64,000 nt of DNA from Spirochaetaceae bacterium (GCA_007695175.1 REEH01000143.1:69152-133151); one strand, 5' to 3'; positions 45,862 to 56,172 are shown, numbered from the stretch's first letter. The notes: a model not told the origin generated them from the sequence alone. A program made the numbers and translations.

Positions 45862-47250
45862 ATGAAACGGATACGCAGGGGAGCTCTTCGGTTCTCGCTT
45901 CTGGTGATGACAGCTCTCGCGGTGCTCGCGTGCGGCGATCGCGGAGCCGCCGATCCTGGTGATGCCGCAGCCTTTCGCGAAGCCTTCCTGGCGGGCCGCC
46001 TCTCCTGGACGGAGGTGGAAGAACGGGCGGCTCGGGAGGGGGAGGTTGAGTTTTACCACTGGGGCGGAAGCGAGGCTCTCAACAGCTGGATGGAGACCTC
46101 GGCGCGGCCTGATATTGAACGGTACGATATCCGCCTGAATCTGCGCCGGTCCGATACCCGGGACGTGGTGGACCTGATTCTCGCCGATATGGCCACGGGG
46201 CGTGGTCCCGGTGAGGGTACCGTTGATATGGTGTGGATCAACGGTGAGAACTTTCGCACCCTGAAGGACAACGATGCACTGTTTGGTTCTTTTGCGGCGC
46301 TCCTCCCCAATTCACGGTACTTTGCCCTTGATCCCGATGATCCCGCCTCAAGCGTCAATCTCTTTGATTTCGGTACGCCCACGGAACTGATGGAGATGCC
46401 CTGGGCTGCGTTTCAGTACACCTTCCGGATCGATACGGAACGGGTCCGGCCGGAGGACGTCCCCCGTACCTTTGCACAGCTTGAAGAATGGATGCGAGCC
46501 AATCCGGGCCGCTTCGCCTACGTGGCGCCGCCTCATTACATTGGAACAACCTTTGTGCAGACCCTCATGTACGAGAAGAATCCCGACGGCACACGATACG
46601 AGCCGTTTCTCCAGGATCCCGCCGATCTCGGCCGCGGCGAGTTTATCCGGCTCGTGAAACCGGCCTTTGAGTATCTGCGTCGCCTGGAACCATACCTTCT
46701 CGGCGGAGGCGGAACCGAGGGCCGGCGCGGCAGTCCCGTCTATCCCGCGACGGCGGGAGCGCTCCAGTCCCGCTTCGTGGGGGGGGAAGTGGATTTCGAC
46801 ATGGAGTTTGGAGTCTTCGACGTGGATCGGGACATCCGCTCCGGGGTATACCCCGAAAGCGTCCGGAATATCATCTTCCCCGAGTCGGGCATGATCACGG
46901 ACAAGAGTTTCCTCGCAATTCCCTGGAATGCCCCGAATCCCGCCGCCGCCCTTGTTGCGGTAAACGCTCTCTCATCTCCTGCAAGCCATCTTTCGAAGCT
47001 GGCGGACATCGGATACGCACCGGGACTCGATCTGCCCCTTCTTGATCCGGAGGACCAGGAGTCCTTCCGGCAGGCGGCGCCGGACCTGCACGGCGTGACG
47101 GCGGAGGAGCTGGCAAAGCACGAAGCGCCCAACGTGAATGCCCGTTTCGTGGATGTTATCGACGCGATCTGGATGACCTACGTGGCGGAGCGCTCCGAAC
47201 GCGAGTTTGAGGAAATCGTGGCCGATGCCTGGGACAGCGTTGTCCGGTAG
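45862..47250 (+). CDS. ABC transporter substrate-binding lipoprotein (family-1 solute-binding protein, 462 aa)
   Basis: Signal/lipobox LLVMTALAVLAC; large bilobed SBP; no specific substrate motif recognised. Confidence 0.65.
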   Translation: MKRIRRGALRFSLLVMTALAVLACGDRGAADPGDAAAFREAFLAGRLSWTEVEERAAREGEVEFYHWGGSEALNSWMETSARPDIERYDIRLNLRRSDTRDVVDLILADMATGRGPGEGTVDMVWINGENFRTLKDNDALFGSFAALLPNSRYFALDPDDPASSVNLFDFGTPTELMEMPWAAFQYTFRIDTERVRPEDVPRTFAQLEEWMRANPGRFAYVAPPHYIGTTFVQTLMYEKNPDGTRYEPFLQDPADLGRGEFIRLVKPAFEYLRRLEPYLLGGGGTEGRRGSPVYPATAGALQSRFVGGEVDFDMEFGVFDVDRDIRSGVYPESVRNIIFPESGMITDKSFLAIPWNAPNPAAALVAVNALSSPASHLSKLADIGYAPGLDLPLLDPEDQESFRQAAPDLHGVTAEELAKHEAPNVNARFVDVIDAIWMTYVAERSEREFEEIVADAWDSVVR

Positions 47251-47251
47251 G

Positions 47252-48145
47252 ATGTCCAGGAATTTTTTCCGTGACCGTCGTGTGGTGATCTTCCTCGGCC
47301 TCGCCCCCGCGGTGGGGACGCTCCTCTTCCTTTTCGTGGGTCCTTTGCTGGTTGCCCTGGTCCAGAGCCTCGGCCATGCGCCGATCTACCGGGTGCACCG
47401 CTTTCCGACCCTCGAGTTCCATCGACAGGTGTTGTTCTCGACGCGTTTCCGGATAGCGGCGGTGGTCACTCTCTACTACGCCCTGGTGCCGACGTTCCTT
47501 GCGACTCTTCTCGGGGTAGCACTGGCGGTAACCTTCTCGCGCCGCGTTCGGGGCAAACGCTTCCTCAGTTTCTTCTTCCGTCTGCCCCTGGTCGTGCCGT
47601 ACCTGGTGGGTGCCGCCATGGTGGTGGCGCTTTTCGCCAACGGCGGGCTGATCGCACGGTTGTTGTATGCGGCGGGCCTGATTGAGTCCACGGGACAGTT
47701 CCCCCGGATTCTGTTCAGCGCCGGCGGGTGGGGTATCATGCTGGTGTACCTCTTCAAGCAGGTGCCCTTTACCTTCATCATCGTCACCGCCGTACTCTCC
47801 GGCGTGGGCCCGGAATATGAGGAGGCGGCGCGCACTCTGGGAGCCTCCCGCATGCAGGCGTTCCGGTTTGTTCTGCTCCCCAGGATCATGCCCGGCGTCG
47901 TCACATCCTCACTGCTGGTCTTTGCGTTCAATTTCCAGTCCTACGAGATCCCCTACCTGCTGGGGGCTACCTTTCCTGCCACGCTTCCCGTGGAGGCGCT
48001 GCGGCGTTTCAACGTGCCCGACCTGACGCGCCGGCCGGAGGCGATGGCCTACGTTGTTGCCATTACGGTGATCTCCGGTATCGTGCTGTTTGCCTACCTG
48101 CGCCTGTACCGGAGGTGGGAGCGGTCACGGGGAGGTGTAGGGTGA
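47252..48145 (+). CDS. ABC transporter permease (binding-protein-dependent transport inner membrane component)
   Basis: 6 TM; EAA-like loop EEAARTLGASRMQAFRFVLLP. Confidence 0.8.
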   Translation: MSRNFFRDRRVVIFLGLAPAVGTLLFLFVGPLLVALVQSLGHAPIYRVHRFPTLEFHRQVLFSTRFRIAAVVTLYYALVPTFLATLLGVALAVTFSRRVRGKRFLSFFFRLPLVVPYLVGAAMVVALFANGGLIARLLYAAGLIESTGQFPRILFSAGGWGIMLVYLFKQVPFTFIIVTAVLSGVGPEYEEAARTLGASRMQAFRFVLLPRIMPGVVTSSLLVFAFNFQSYEIPYLLGATFPATLPVEALRRFNVPDLTRRPEAMAYVVAITVISGIVLFAYLRLYRRWERSRGGVG

Positions 48146-49005
48146 GGCGAGTATCCGTAACGGGACGGCTCTTTCTGGTGGTCATGCTTCTGGCGTTCGC
48201 CTTTCCCTTCCTGCCGCTTCTGGTCGCCTCCTTCTCATTCCGCTGGCACTGGCCCGCTCTGCTGCCCACGCAGTGGCTCTGGGACGCCCGGGAGACGACT
48301 CCCTTTCCCGTGGGGTGGGATTATCTCTTTTCTCCGATATCCGGCCTGGGTCCCGCATTTCTGAATACCGTGGTAATCGGGGTGGTGACGGCGCTCCTCG
48401 CGGTTGTCCTGAGTCTGCCCGCCGCCCGTGTGCTCGCACGATACACCTTCCGCGGCAAGGGAGTCGTGGAGTTTTTTCTGCTGGTTCCGGTCATCGTCCC
48501 GCAGATAGCGGTGGGCATGGGAATGCTGCTGCTCTTTATGCGTATCGGTATCGCCCGCACCTACGTGGGAATCATCCTCGCACACCTGGTGCCGGCCATA
48601 CCCTACGCGGTGCGGATTCTCACCTCGGTCTTCCAGAATCTCGACCCGCGCTACGAGGAGCAGGCCCGTACTCTCGGCTCGGGATGGCTGAGTACGTTTC
48701 GCCGGATCGTGCTGCCCATGGTGCTGCCCGGCGTCACCACGGCGTTCCTTTTCAGTTTTCTCATCAGTGCCAATATCTTTCTCCTGACCTTCCTCATTTC
48801 CGGTGGTCGCCTTCAGACGCTGCCCACCATGCTCTTTTCCCATATCGAGTCCGGGGCACCTCTGGACGCCACCACGGCGGGCCTGGTCCTGATCGTTTCC
48901 GTTCCGGGTCTGGTCTTTCTCATGATTTCCGACTGGCTTACCGGGGACCACGCGGCCCTGGGACGCACTTCCTTCGGATCCCGGTCAAAAAAGGAACGGC
49001 CATGA
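48142..49005 (+). CDS. ABC transporter permease
   Basis: GTG start (GTGA overlap, GGAGG RBS); EEQARTLGSGWLSTFRRIVLP EAA loop. Confidence 0.8.
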   Translation: MRRVSVTGRLFLVVMLLAFAFPFLPLLVASFSFRWHWPALLPTQWLWDARETTPFPVGWDYLFSPISGLGPAFLNTVVIGVVTALLAVVLSLPAARVLARYTFRGKGVVEFFLLVPVIVPQIAVGMGMLLLFMRIGIARTYVGIILAHLVPAIPYAVRILTSVFQNLDPRYEEQARTLGSGWLSTFRRIVLPMVLPGVTTAFLFSFLISANIFLLTFLISGGRLQTLPTMLFSHIESGAPLDATTAGLVLIVSVPGLVFLMISDWLTGDHAALGRTSFGSRSKKERP

Positions 49006-50105
49006 CCGATATAACACTGCACGGTGTCTCCAAGACCTACGACATGGATCCAGTCGTCCGGGATCTCACGCTTCACGTGCCGGCGGGGACGATGTTCGGG
49101 CTTCTTGGACCGAGCGGATGCGGCAAGACAACGATACTGAGAATGATAGCCGGCCTGCTGGAACCCGATTGTGGCGATATCGCCTTTGATGGCGTCTCCG
49201 TGCTGTCGGTGCCTACGGAACGGCGCCGGATCGGGATGGTTTTCCAGCAGCACGTGCTCTTTCCGCATATGACCGTTGAGGAAAACGTTGGTTTCGGGTT
49301 GCGCATGCAGGGCGTGAAGCTGAGGCAGGCACGGCCCCGGATCGATGAGGTGCTGGAGCTTGTACAGCTGGGAGGGTACAACCGGCGCTTCCCCGGGCAG
49401 CTCTCCGGAGGGCAGCAGCAACGGGTTGCCCTCGCCCGTGCAGTCGTAACCGATCCGGTGGTACTGCTCCTGGACGAACCGCTTTCCAACCTTGATGCGC
49501 GCCTGAGGGACGACATGCGCGTGTTGATCCGGGATGTGCAGCGCCGCCTGGGTATCACCACGATATTCGTCACGCATGACCAGGCGGAGGCGATCGAGCT
49601 CTCGGACCGGATGGTGGTGCTATTCGAGGGCGAGGCGGCGCAGGAAGGGCCGCCGGAAGAGGTATTTGAGCGGCCGGTCAGCAGCCGGGTCGCGCGCTTT
49701 CTCGGTTCCACCAATCTTATTCCCGTGCAGGTTCCGGTATACCCTGAGGAAGGGTGGGTGGATGCGCCTTTCGGCAGGGTTGCCGTATGCTGCGGCGGAT
49801 ACGCCGGGGGATCGGTGCCCCGGGAGCTTCTGCTTTCCGTCCGTTGCGAGCACATATCCCTGCACGGGGAGGACTCTCCGGGAACGGTCGGATCGGACGG
49901 GATCAACACCTTCCACGGACGTGTGCTGGATTCCGTTTTCAAGGGGGGTCTGATCTTCTACCGGGTGGACCTGGAGGGCTTTCCCGTGGACGTGATCGAT
50001 CGGTCCGACCGCCAGTTTGTTCCGGGTGCCCGCGTCGTCGTCCAGTTACCCGAGCAGCACCTCTGGGTGATGCCTGCTGTGGAGTATGATGGCGGCCCCG
50101 TATAG
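49002..50105 (+). CDS. ABC transporter ATP-binding protein with C-terminal TOBE-like domain (PotA/FbpC/MalK type)
   Basis: Walker A GPSGCGKTT, signature LSGGQQQRVALARA, Walker B LLLDEP, H-loop; ATGA overlap. Confidence 0.85.
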   Translation: MTDITLHGVSKTYDMDPVVRDLTLHVPAGTMFGLLGPSGCGKTTILRMIAGLLEPDCGDIAFDGVSVLSVPTERRRIGMVFQQHVLFPHMTVEENVGFGLRMQGVKLRQARPRIDEVLELVQLGGYNRRFPGQLSGGQQQRVALARAVVTDPVVLLLDEPLSNLDARLRDDMRVLIRDVQRRLGITTIFVTHDQAEAIELSDRMVVLFEGEAAQEGPPEEVFERPVSSRVARFLGSTNLIPVQVPVYPEEGWVDAPFGRVAVCCGGYAGGSVPRELLLSVRCEHISLHGEDSPGTVGSDGINTFHGRVLDSVFKGGLIFYRVDLEGFPVDVIDRSDRQFVPGARVVVQLPEQHLWVMPAVEYDGGPV

Positions 50106-50166
50106 GGTTGCTTGGTATAGGGCGGCTCCGGCATTAGGCGCCCCTGTACAAGAACGCCGGGCCCTC

Positions 50167-50811
50167 CTATGCTCCCAGGTGCCTGGCGGCCCACGCTACG
50201 CGCTGTATGGTGCTTATCAGTCCCGCGGCCGCCGCCACGATCGCGACCTCAACGACAAAACCGGGAACCCCCAGAAGCAGGCCGTACACCAGAATCGTCT
50301 CGGTCCCTTCGATAAGACCATGGGGCATTTCCACGGAAGTCTCATACGCACGGGCCGCGCCGGCGGCTTCGGCTTCGGCCGCGCCGGAGGAGCGGCGCTT
50401 CTCCAGGAGCGCCGAGAGATAGCTCCAGGAAGCGATGTTCATATAGAAGGCCGACATCATGAGAAGAATCGCCGTCGTGACAGCTGGTTCCGACCGGGCG
50501 TACACTATCCCGAGAGGGATCAGGGCGTAGACCAGGACGTCGCTCATCATATCCACGTACCCTCCGAAGTCACAGGCTTCTCCCCGGGCACGGGCAACCT
50601 CTCCGTCCAGGCCGTCGGCGAACCGGTTGGCCAGCCAGAACAGGAGGGCCGGCAGGGGCATACCCGCGGCCGCGCTGAAAGCGGCGCCGAGACCCATTGC
50701 CAGGGCCGCCAGCGTGATCGGCATCGGGCCGACGCGGCGGCCCAGCCAGCGTGCAAATCCGCCCACAAGCCGGTGCTTGACCCTGCGCATCGCCAAATCA
50801 ACCATGATCAC
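50167..50811 (-). CDS. CDP-alcohol phosphatidyltransferase family protein
   Basis: DGLDGEVARARGEACDFGGYVDMMSD = D-G-x2-A-R-x8-G-x3-D-x3-D motif. Confidence 0.7.
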   Translation of the reverse strand: MIMVDLAMRRVKHRLVGGFARWLGRRVGPMPITLAALAMGLGAAFSAAAGMPLPALLFWLANRFADGLDGEVARARGEACDFGGYVDMMSDVLVYALIPLGIVYARSEPAVTTAILLMMSAFYMNIASWSYLSALLEKRRSSGAAEAEAAGAARAYETSVEMPHGLIEGTETILVYGLLLGVPGFVVEVAIVAAAAGLISTIQRVAWAARHLGA

Positions 50812-50885
50812 TCCTATACAAATGCGGTAGTACTTGCATCAACCATAACCGACCGGTACGGTACCGTTACCAGTATCGCGGGCTT

Positions 50886-51440
50886 ATGAAAAAACTCGAC
50901 CGGTATCTCTCTCGCGCTTGGGCCGAGGGCAAACTGAAACAGATCGCTCCATTTCTTCCGCCCTCGGGCCGGATGCTGGACATCGGGTCCGGCCGGGGGA
51001 CAATCACCGGAATTCTTCGCCGGCGGGGGTACGGGGTAACGCCCCTGGACATCCGCGACCGCAGCATCGATTCCGATCTCAGACCCCTTCTCTACGACGG
51101 GGAAGCGATACCCTTTCCGGACGATTCCTTTGATTGCGCCCTGTTGCTCACGGTGCTGCATCATACCCCCGATCCCGTAGCGGTCCTGCGTGAGGCGGCT
51201 CGCGTGGCGCCTCAGCTTATCATCATCGAGGACGTCTTTTCCAATTCCCTGCAGAAACAGCTGACCTTTTTTACCGACAGTCTCTTCAATTGTGAGTTCC
51301 GCGGGCATCCGCACTCCAACAGGAGGGACGGGGAATGGCGGCGCGTCTTTGAACAGCTGGAGCTGACCCTTGCGGAGGAGCAATCTCGGAGAGTACTCCT
51401 CTTCTATCGGCAACAGGCGTACAACGTTCTCCGGAAGTAA
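50886..51440 (+). CDS. Class I SAM-dependent methyltransferase
   Basis: MLDIGSGRGTITGIL (motif I). Confidence 0.65.
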   Translation: MKKLDRYLSRAWAEGKLKQIAPFLPPSGRMLDIGSGRGTITGILRRRGYGVTPLDIRDRSIDSDLRPLLYDGEAIPFPDDSFDCALLLTVLHHTPDPVAVLREAARVAPQLIIIEDVFSNSLQKQLTFFTDSLFNCEFRGHPHSNRRDGEWRRVFEQLELTLAEEQSRRVLLFYRQQAYNVLRK

Positions 51441-51489
51441 TGGTACGCCTTCTCCGGCAGGAAAAGCACCCCGAATCCGTTCGCTGATC

Positions 51490-51521
51490 GAAAAAAAGTC
51501 CCCGACAGAACGTGTCGGGGA
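51490..51521 (-). terminator. Intrinsic terminator: 10-bp stem GTCCCCGACA/TGTCGGGGAC, loop GAACG, U7 in the minus sense
   Basis: Read directly ~45 nt downstream of the rhodanese-DedA stop. Confidence 0.6.
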
Positions 51522-51564
51522 CCGAAAGATCAGGATTTCTCCTTTCACCGCGTTCGGGACAGCC

Positions 51565-53253
51565 TTAATCGAGGACGTCCGCCACGCCCGCTTTCTTTTT
51601 AAGAAGCTTGGGCAGGAAGGAGAGCCCCACCAGGATTATGGCGCCGATCGCGAAATAGATCATGATCGTTCCCAGATCCGCACCGGAGGCGGCTGCTCCG
51701 GCAATGAATACATACGCCATCGTTCCGGGCAGCATAAAGAGCCACGAGAGAAGAGCGAATGTTACGAAAGGTATCTTCGTAAGCCCGTAGACGTAGTTCT
51801 GCACGTTGAAGGGAAAAAGAGGTACAAAGCGCGTGATCATGAGCATGCGCCACCCGTTGCGCTCCACGCCGTCGTCGATCTTCTTCAGCTTGGGGTTCTT
51901 GGCCACCAGGTTTTCCGCAAAGCCCCTGAAGGCGTACCGGCCCAGGAGAAAAGCCAGGGAGGCACCGATGGTGGACCCGATCGAAGCCCAGATAGTACCG
52001 AAGATGGGGCCAAAGACGATGCCCGCGACGATTCCGAAGGGACCTCCCGGGAGGAAGAATACGCAGGCGGCGATGAAGAGCAGCATGTAAACAACCGGAC
52101 CCAGCAGGCCGAAGCCCTCAATCCACATCTGCAGTTCGTTGATCCTGCTCATACTGATCAGGCTGAAGAGGTTGAAGAACCACATCAGGAAGATGGCGTA
52201 CACCACGAGCAGAAGGATGTCCACCTTCATGAGTCTGCTGGTTTTTCCCTGCTTGATCGTCTTGAAGTGGATCGCTCCTATGAAGAGGATTCCCACGATG
52301 AAGACTCCGCTCACGATATAGAGGAAGTACGCCGTGACGGGGCGATCCCGATGGTAACTCCACTCGATCCAGGATCCATCGTAGTTGCTGACGTTGGGAT
52401 ACCCCAGCATATCCGCCAGGACGGTGGTGGTCATGGCGGAGCGGACTCCGGACTGGCAGTAGGCGATAATCTCCTTGTCGGGAGTGATGCCGGCTGCCTC
52501 GTAGAGCGCCCGCAGCTCCGCGGCGGGTCTGATGCCGCCGTCGGTGAAGTTTTCCGTGAAGTTCACATGAATGGCGCCGGGTATATGTCCCTTGCGGAAC
52601 GCCCCGTCATACTGGGCGATTCCCCACCACTCCTCGGGAGTGCGCGTATCCAGAATGATCACGTTGGGATCCTTCCGGGCCCGGTCCAGGTCTTCCAGGC
52701 GAGCCAGGCGGGACTCGTCGATCGCGCGGGCCGGGCGGTAGGTCACGGGGGTGACTGTGGGAGCGTCCGTGCTGGTGGGCAGGCCCGCCGCGCTCCAGGC
52801 GGGGAAGAAACCGTCCAGGACGTGAACCTTGTCCCGGTCGTGGCCGTACATCGTGATGAGCCAGGCAAAGCGGAAGGAATCGTGGCCGCTGCTGTGGGTA
52901 TAGACGATCACCCGGGTGTCCGTGTCGATTCCCAGGTTTCCCAGAAGCTCGTGAATCTTCTGGGGGTTGCCGCGCATACCGCGGTAATCGTACTCACCGC
53001 TCGAGGCGCCGTACATCGGACGCCATACGTTGACCGCGCCGGGAATGTGGCCCGCCTCGTACTGGGCCGCCTGACGGACATCCACGAAGACGACGTTGTC
53101 CTCGGTCTGCATGAGGTGATGTGCCCGGGCCGGGCTGATCAGTACGTTCGATTCCACGTACTCCTGATATTTGGGCTCTATCTCAACTCCAGAGACGGCA
53201 GCCACCGAGACTGCCGTCATTACGACGAAGAAAACGAAAAGCGACCGTTTCAT
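51565..53253 (-). CDS. Fusion protein: signal peptide + tandem rhodanese domains + DedA/TVP38 (VTT) membrane domain
   Basis: Start MKRSLFVFFVVMTAVSVAAVSG after AGGAGG. Rhodanese 2 has the catalytic CQSGVRS. The C-terminal ~230 aa are polytopic with a DedA-like G-x3-G/LPGGP pattern (FLPGGPFGIVAGIVFGP). Confidence 0.7.
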   Translation of the reverse strand: MKRSLFVFFVVMTAVSVAAVSGVEIEPKYQEYVESNVLISPARAHHLMQTEDNVVFVDVRQAAQYEAGHIPGAVNVWRPMYGASSGEYDYRGMRGNPQKIHELLGNLGIDTDTRVIVYTHSSGHDSFRFAWLITMYGHDRDKVHVLDGFFPAWSAAGLPTSTDAPTVTPVTYRPARAIDESRLARLEDLDRARKDPNVIILDTRTPEEWWGIAQYDGAFRKGHIPGAIHVNFTENFTDGGIRPAAELRALYEAAGITPDKEIIAYCQSGVRSAMTTTVLADMLGYPNVSNYDGSWIEWSYHRDRPVTAYFLYIVSGVFIVGILFIGAIHFKTIKQGKTSRLMKVDILLLVVYAIFLMWFFNLFSLISMSRINELQMWIEGFGLLGPVVYMLLFIAACVFFLPGGPFGIVAGIVFGPIFGTIWASIGSTIGASLAFLLGRYAFRGFAENLVAKNPKLKKIDDGVERNGWRMLMITRFVPLFPFNVQNYVYGLTKIPFVTFALLSWLFMLPGTMAYVFIAGAAASGADLGTIMIYFAIGAIILVGLSFLPKLLKKKAGVADVLD

Positions 53254-53284
53254 GTAAGGTCCTCCTGATATGGTCTTAAAGGAA

Positions 53285-53309
53285 CGCCCGATGCTTTTGC
53301 TATCGGGCG
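53285..53309. other. Palindromic hairpin (8-bp stem CGCCCGAT/ATCGGGCG, 9-nt loop) between the HdrB-like and rhodanese-DedA genes
   Basis: Read directly; followed by UUCCUUUAAG in the minus sense. Confidence 0.3.
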
Positions 53310-53319
53310 ACACCGGGTG

Positions 53320-54087
53320 TCAAGCCAGAACTTTCTCGATGCTTTTCTTGGCCTTCCTGCGGTTTTTCCAGGATTCGACCGTCGATCCTGCTCCGGGGAA
53401 GGGCGTTTTTGAGGTCCATGGACCACCAAATACAAGGTCAAGGATGTGCAGCGACTGCTTGCCTCCCATCATCATGGACATGCGGCAAGCCGCGCAGTAG
53501 GTGACCATGTAGTCCGATTGCACCTCGCTGGTGCGGTTTTTCATTATCCGCTGAGCAAGATCAGGATTGGCGGGCAGCACCATTCCGCCAAAACCACAAC
53601 AGAGCGTTGTCATTTTGGTGTGCGCCGGTTCCTCGTACTTGTATCCCAGCTCGTCCATGATCCAGCGGATTCCCTCGTGGATATCCGGGCGATACCGGGT
53701 TGAGCAGGAGTCATGAATGGCAAAGGTGATGTCGCTATCCTTACCGATACCCCTGACCTCCTCCGGAAGGCCGATCTCGGGAAGAATCGTCCAGAGGGAC
53801 CGCACCTTCTGCTTGGGGCTGTACTCGGAGAGCGTGAGGAAACAGGACTGACACGCCACGATCACCTCTTCCGCGTCAAGCCGGTCGATCTCGGACTGTA
53901 CACCGGCGTACCGCTTCTTGAACTGGTCAATCTGCCCGAGAGCCTTGGTGGGTTTGCCGCAGCACTTGAGAATCGCTCCCGTTCCCGGCAGGTGGTTCTG
54001 CAGGTGCACCAGGGTCTTCTGTACAGCCATGGGATTGTATGAGGGCAGACTGCATCCCGGAAAGAAAACTCGTTTCGTGGTACTCAT
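53320..54087 (-). CDS. CCG-domain Fe-S protein (HdrB/GlpC-like)
   Basis: Two Cys-rich CCG repeats: PGCSLPSY...LKCCGKP and DSCSTRY...LCCGFGG. Confidence 0.7.
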   Translation of the reverse strand: MSTTKRVFFPGCSLPSYNPMAVQKTLVHLQNHLPGTGAILKCCGKPTKALGQIDQFKKRYAGVQSEIDRLDAEEVIVACQSCFLTLSEYSPKQKVRSLWTILPEIGLPEEVRGIGKDSDITFAIHDSCSTRYRPDIHEGIRWIMDELGYKYEEPAHTKMTTLCCGFGGMVLPANPDLAQRIMKNRTSEVQSDYMVTYCAACRMSMMMGGKQSLHILDLVFGGPWTSKTPFPGAGSTVESWKNRRKAKKSIEKVLA

Positions 54088-55898
54088 TTCCCACCTCCTG
54101 TGGGGGCTGTCGGCTGGTTGGTGCCGTTCCTGGCCGGGCGGGACGTATTGAAGAGGCGGGAAAAGCTCAGCAGCTGGTGCATGTCGATCACCTTGTGACC
54201 TTTCATCGGAGACTTGCCCCCGTTATTCATTACCATCTCCTTGCGCATGTTCATGAACGCATCCTGGAGTTTGAAATCCTTGGGACATACCAGCGTACAG
54301 GTACCGCACATGTTGCAGGAGTACGGAACGACCGGATCGACCTCGCCGGCGATAAGGGCATCCTTGAAGTATTTCTTGGGGCAATCCGGGGAGAACTCTT
54401 GGAGCATGAGACATTCCTTGACGCAGAGGCGGCATTCGCACTGGAGACAGCGCGACGCCTCCTCCACAGCCTGCTCCTCCGAGAAACCGAGATCAACCTC
54501 GGTGAAACTCCGCATGCGGGTGGCGATATCAAGCTTGCGCGTGTTGACGCGCTCCGGGTTTGTATCATCCGCGGGTATGGACGTTTCCAGATTAGTACGG
54601 TAGCCCCGTTCGTGGTCGCGCTGGATGCGCATGTCCTTGAGGTTCAGGTACCGGTGGAGCGATTCCGCCGCGATACGGCCTTCCGCCATAGCCTCAACCG
54701 CCATGAGGGAGATGCCCGTTCCGTCTCCGCAGGCAAACACTTTGCGGATGTTGGTCTGGAGTGTTTTCTCGTCCACGACAAAGCGTCCGCCGCGACCGAC
54801 CTCCACGGAGGTTGCAAAATCGCTGTCCACGCCCTGGCCGATCGCGAAAATCACCATATCCGTCTCTACGATCTCCTGGCAGCCCTCGTCGTAGGCGGGA
54901 TTGAAGCGCCCCTTGGGGTCAAAGACCTGGATACACTTCTTGAGGATGATCTGTTCAACCTTGTCGTCGCCCTTGATCGCTTCAGTTCCCCAGCTGTTGT
55001 GGAGGATCACGCCTTCCTCAAGCGCTTCCCGGACTTCCCAGTCGTGGGCGAACATCTCCTTGATATCTTTCTCAAGACAGACCAGGTGCACTTTTTCCGC
55101 ACCCAGCCGGACGGCGGTCCGGGCGGAGTCGAGCGCCACGTTTCCACCACCTATCACGGTGATCCGTTTGCCGAATCCCTTGTAGGTGCCGGTGAGACTG
55201 ACTTCCCGCAGGAAATCGACCGCCTGGATCGCTCCGGGCAGATCCTTGCCGTTTACCGGAAGCTTGAACCCTTTGTGGGCGCCTATAGCGATTACCACGC
55301 CATCGTAGGTGTCGACGATTTCCTGGAAAGGGATATCCTTGCCCACTTCAGTGGCCAGTTTGATCTTGATTCCCATACGGTGGAGCAAGCTGTATTCCGC
55401 ATTGATAATTTCCCGGGGGAGCCGATAGGAGGGGATCCCCACGTAAAGCATGCCCCCCACGACGGGGTGTTTCTCGTAAACTGTTACGCTGTAACCCTGG
55501 CGGCGTAAATCAAGCGCTGCCTGAGCACCGGCGGGACCGGAGCCGATGACGGCGATTTTTTCCGGGCGGTCCGGCTCCCGGGTTACGTCCCAGTCAAATT
55601 CATCGTCATAATTGTCCGCCGCAAAGCGCTTGAGGGAAGCGATGGACATGGCGTTGCCAACCTCGTTGCGCTTGCAGTGTTCCTCACAGGGGTGAGCACA
55701 AACTCTCCCCAGGGATTTAGGCAGAAAGAGTTTCTGCCGGATTGTCTGTATCGCTTCCTTGTACTTGCCTTCCGCAATGAGGTTTACGTACCCCTTGACG
55801 TCCGTGTGCATGGGACACGCCGTGTGACAGTACGGGGGCGCATCACCCATACAATCCTCAATGACCGGAAGCATCTCCCTGACTGTATCAGCCTTCAT
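54084..55898 (-). CDS. FAD/NAD(P)-dependent oxidoreductase, GltD-like (glutamate synthase small-subunit fold) with C-terminal 2x[4Fe-4S] ferredoxin domain
   Basis: N-terminal Cys cluster, VIGSGPAGAQAA and VIGGGNVALD Rossmann motifs, C-terminal CLQCECRLCVKEC...CNMCGTCTLVCP. ATG 55898 after GGAGG (the ORF-track start is a TTG 12 nt upstream). Confidence 0.75.
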   Translation of the reverse strand: MKADTVREMLPVIEDCMGDAPPYCHTACPMHTDVKGYVNLIAEGKYKEAIQTIRQKLFLPKSLGRVCAHPCEEHCKRNEVGNAMSIASLKRFAADNYDDEFDWDVTREPDRPEKIAVIGSGPAGAQAALDLRRQGYSVTVYEKHPVVGGMLYVGIPSYRLPREIINAEYSLLHRMGIKIKLATEVGKDIPFQEIVDTYDGVVIAIGAHKGFKLPVNGKDLPGAIQAVDFLREVSLTGTYKGFGKRITVIGGGNVALDSARTAVRLGAEKVHLVCLEKDIKEMFAHDWEVREALEEGVILHNSWGTEAIKGDDKVEQIILKKCIQVFDPKGRFNPAYDEGCQEIVETDMVIFAIGQGVDSDFATSVEVGRGGRFVVDEKTLQTNIRKVFACGDGTGISLMAVEAMAEGRIAAESLHRYLNLKDMRIQRDHERGYRTNLETSIPADDTNPERVNTRKLDIATRMRSFTEVDLGFSEEQAVEEASRCLQCECRLCVKECLMLQEFSPDCPKKYFKDALIAGEVDPVVPYSCNMCGTCTLVCPKDFKLQDAFMNMRKEMVMNNGGKSPMKGHKVIDMHQLLSFSRLFNTSRPARNGTNQPTAPTGGGK

Positions 55899-56172
55899 GA
55901 AAACCTCCAAAAATATTCTGTCCCTCGGGACGTTACCGACCGGTACGTGCCGAAGTATGTCTTCTACGAAGCGCGGTGCATAAACGCGGTGAAAAATCCA
56001 ACTCGATATCGCTTCGTATTATGTGATTATCGTAACTTAAAATACGACTCGGGTCAATTATAACGCGGAAAAATCATGACGATTCGTACAATCGAGCGAT
56101 ATAGAAGGATATTTCTTTCGTAATTTGTCCGGTTATCTTATCATGAGTTGTTTATTAATAGAATTCAATCAC

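Noticed and set aside
50812-50885. CGGTACGGTACCG-type repeat and palindrome in the divergent region between the CDP-alcohol phosphatidyltransferase and methyltransferase genes as an operator.
   Set aside because: Short (8-bp core) and imperfect; it could equally be chance in GC-rich DNA, so I did not list it as a feature.
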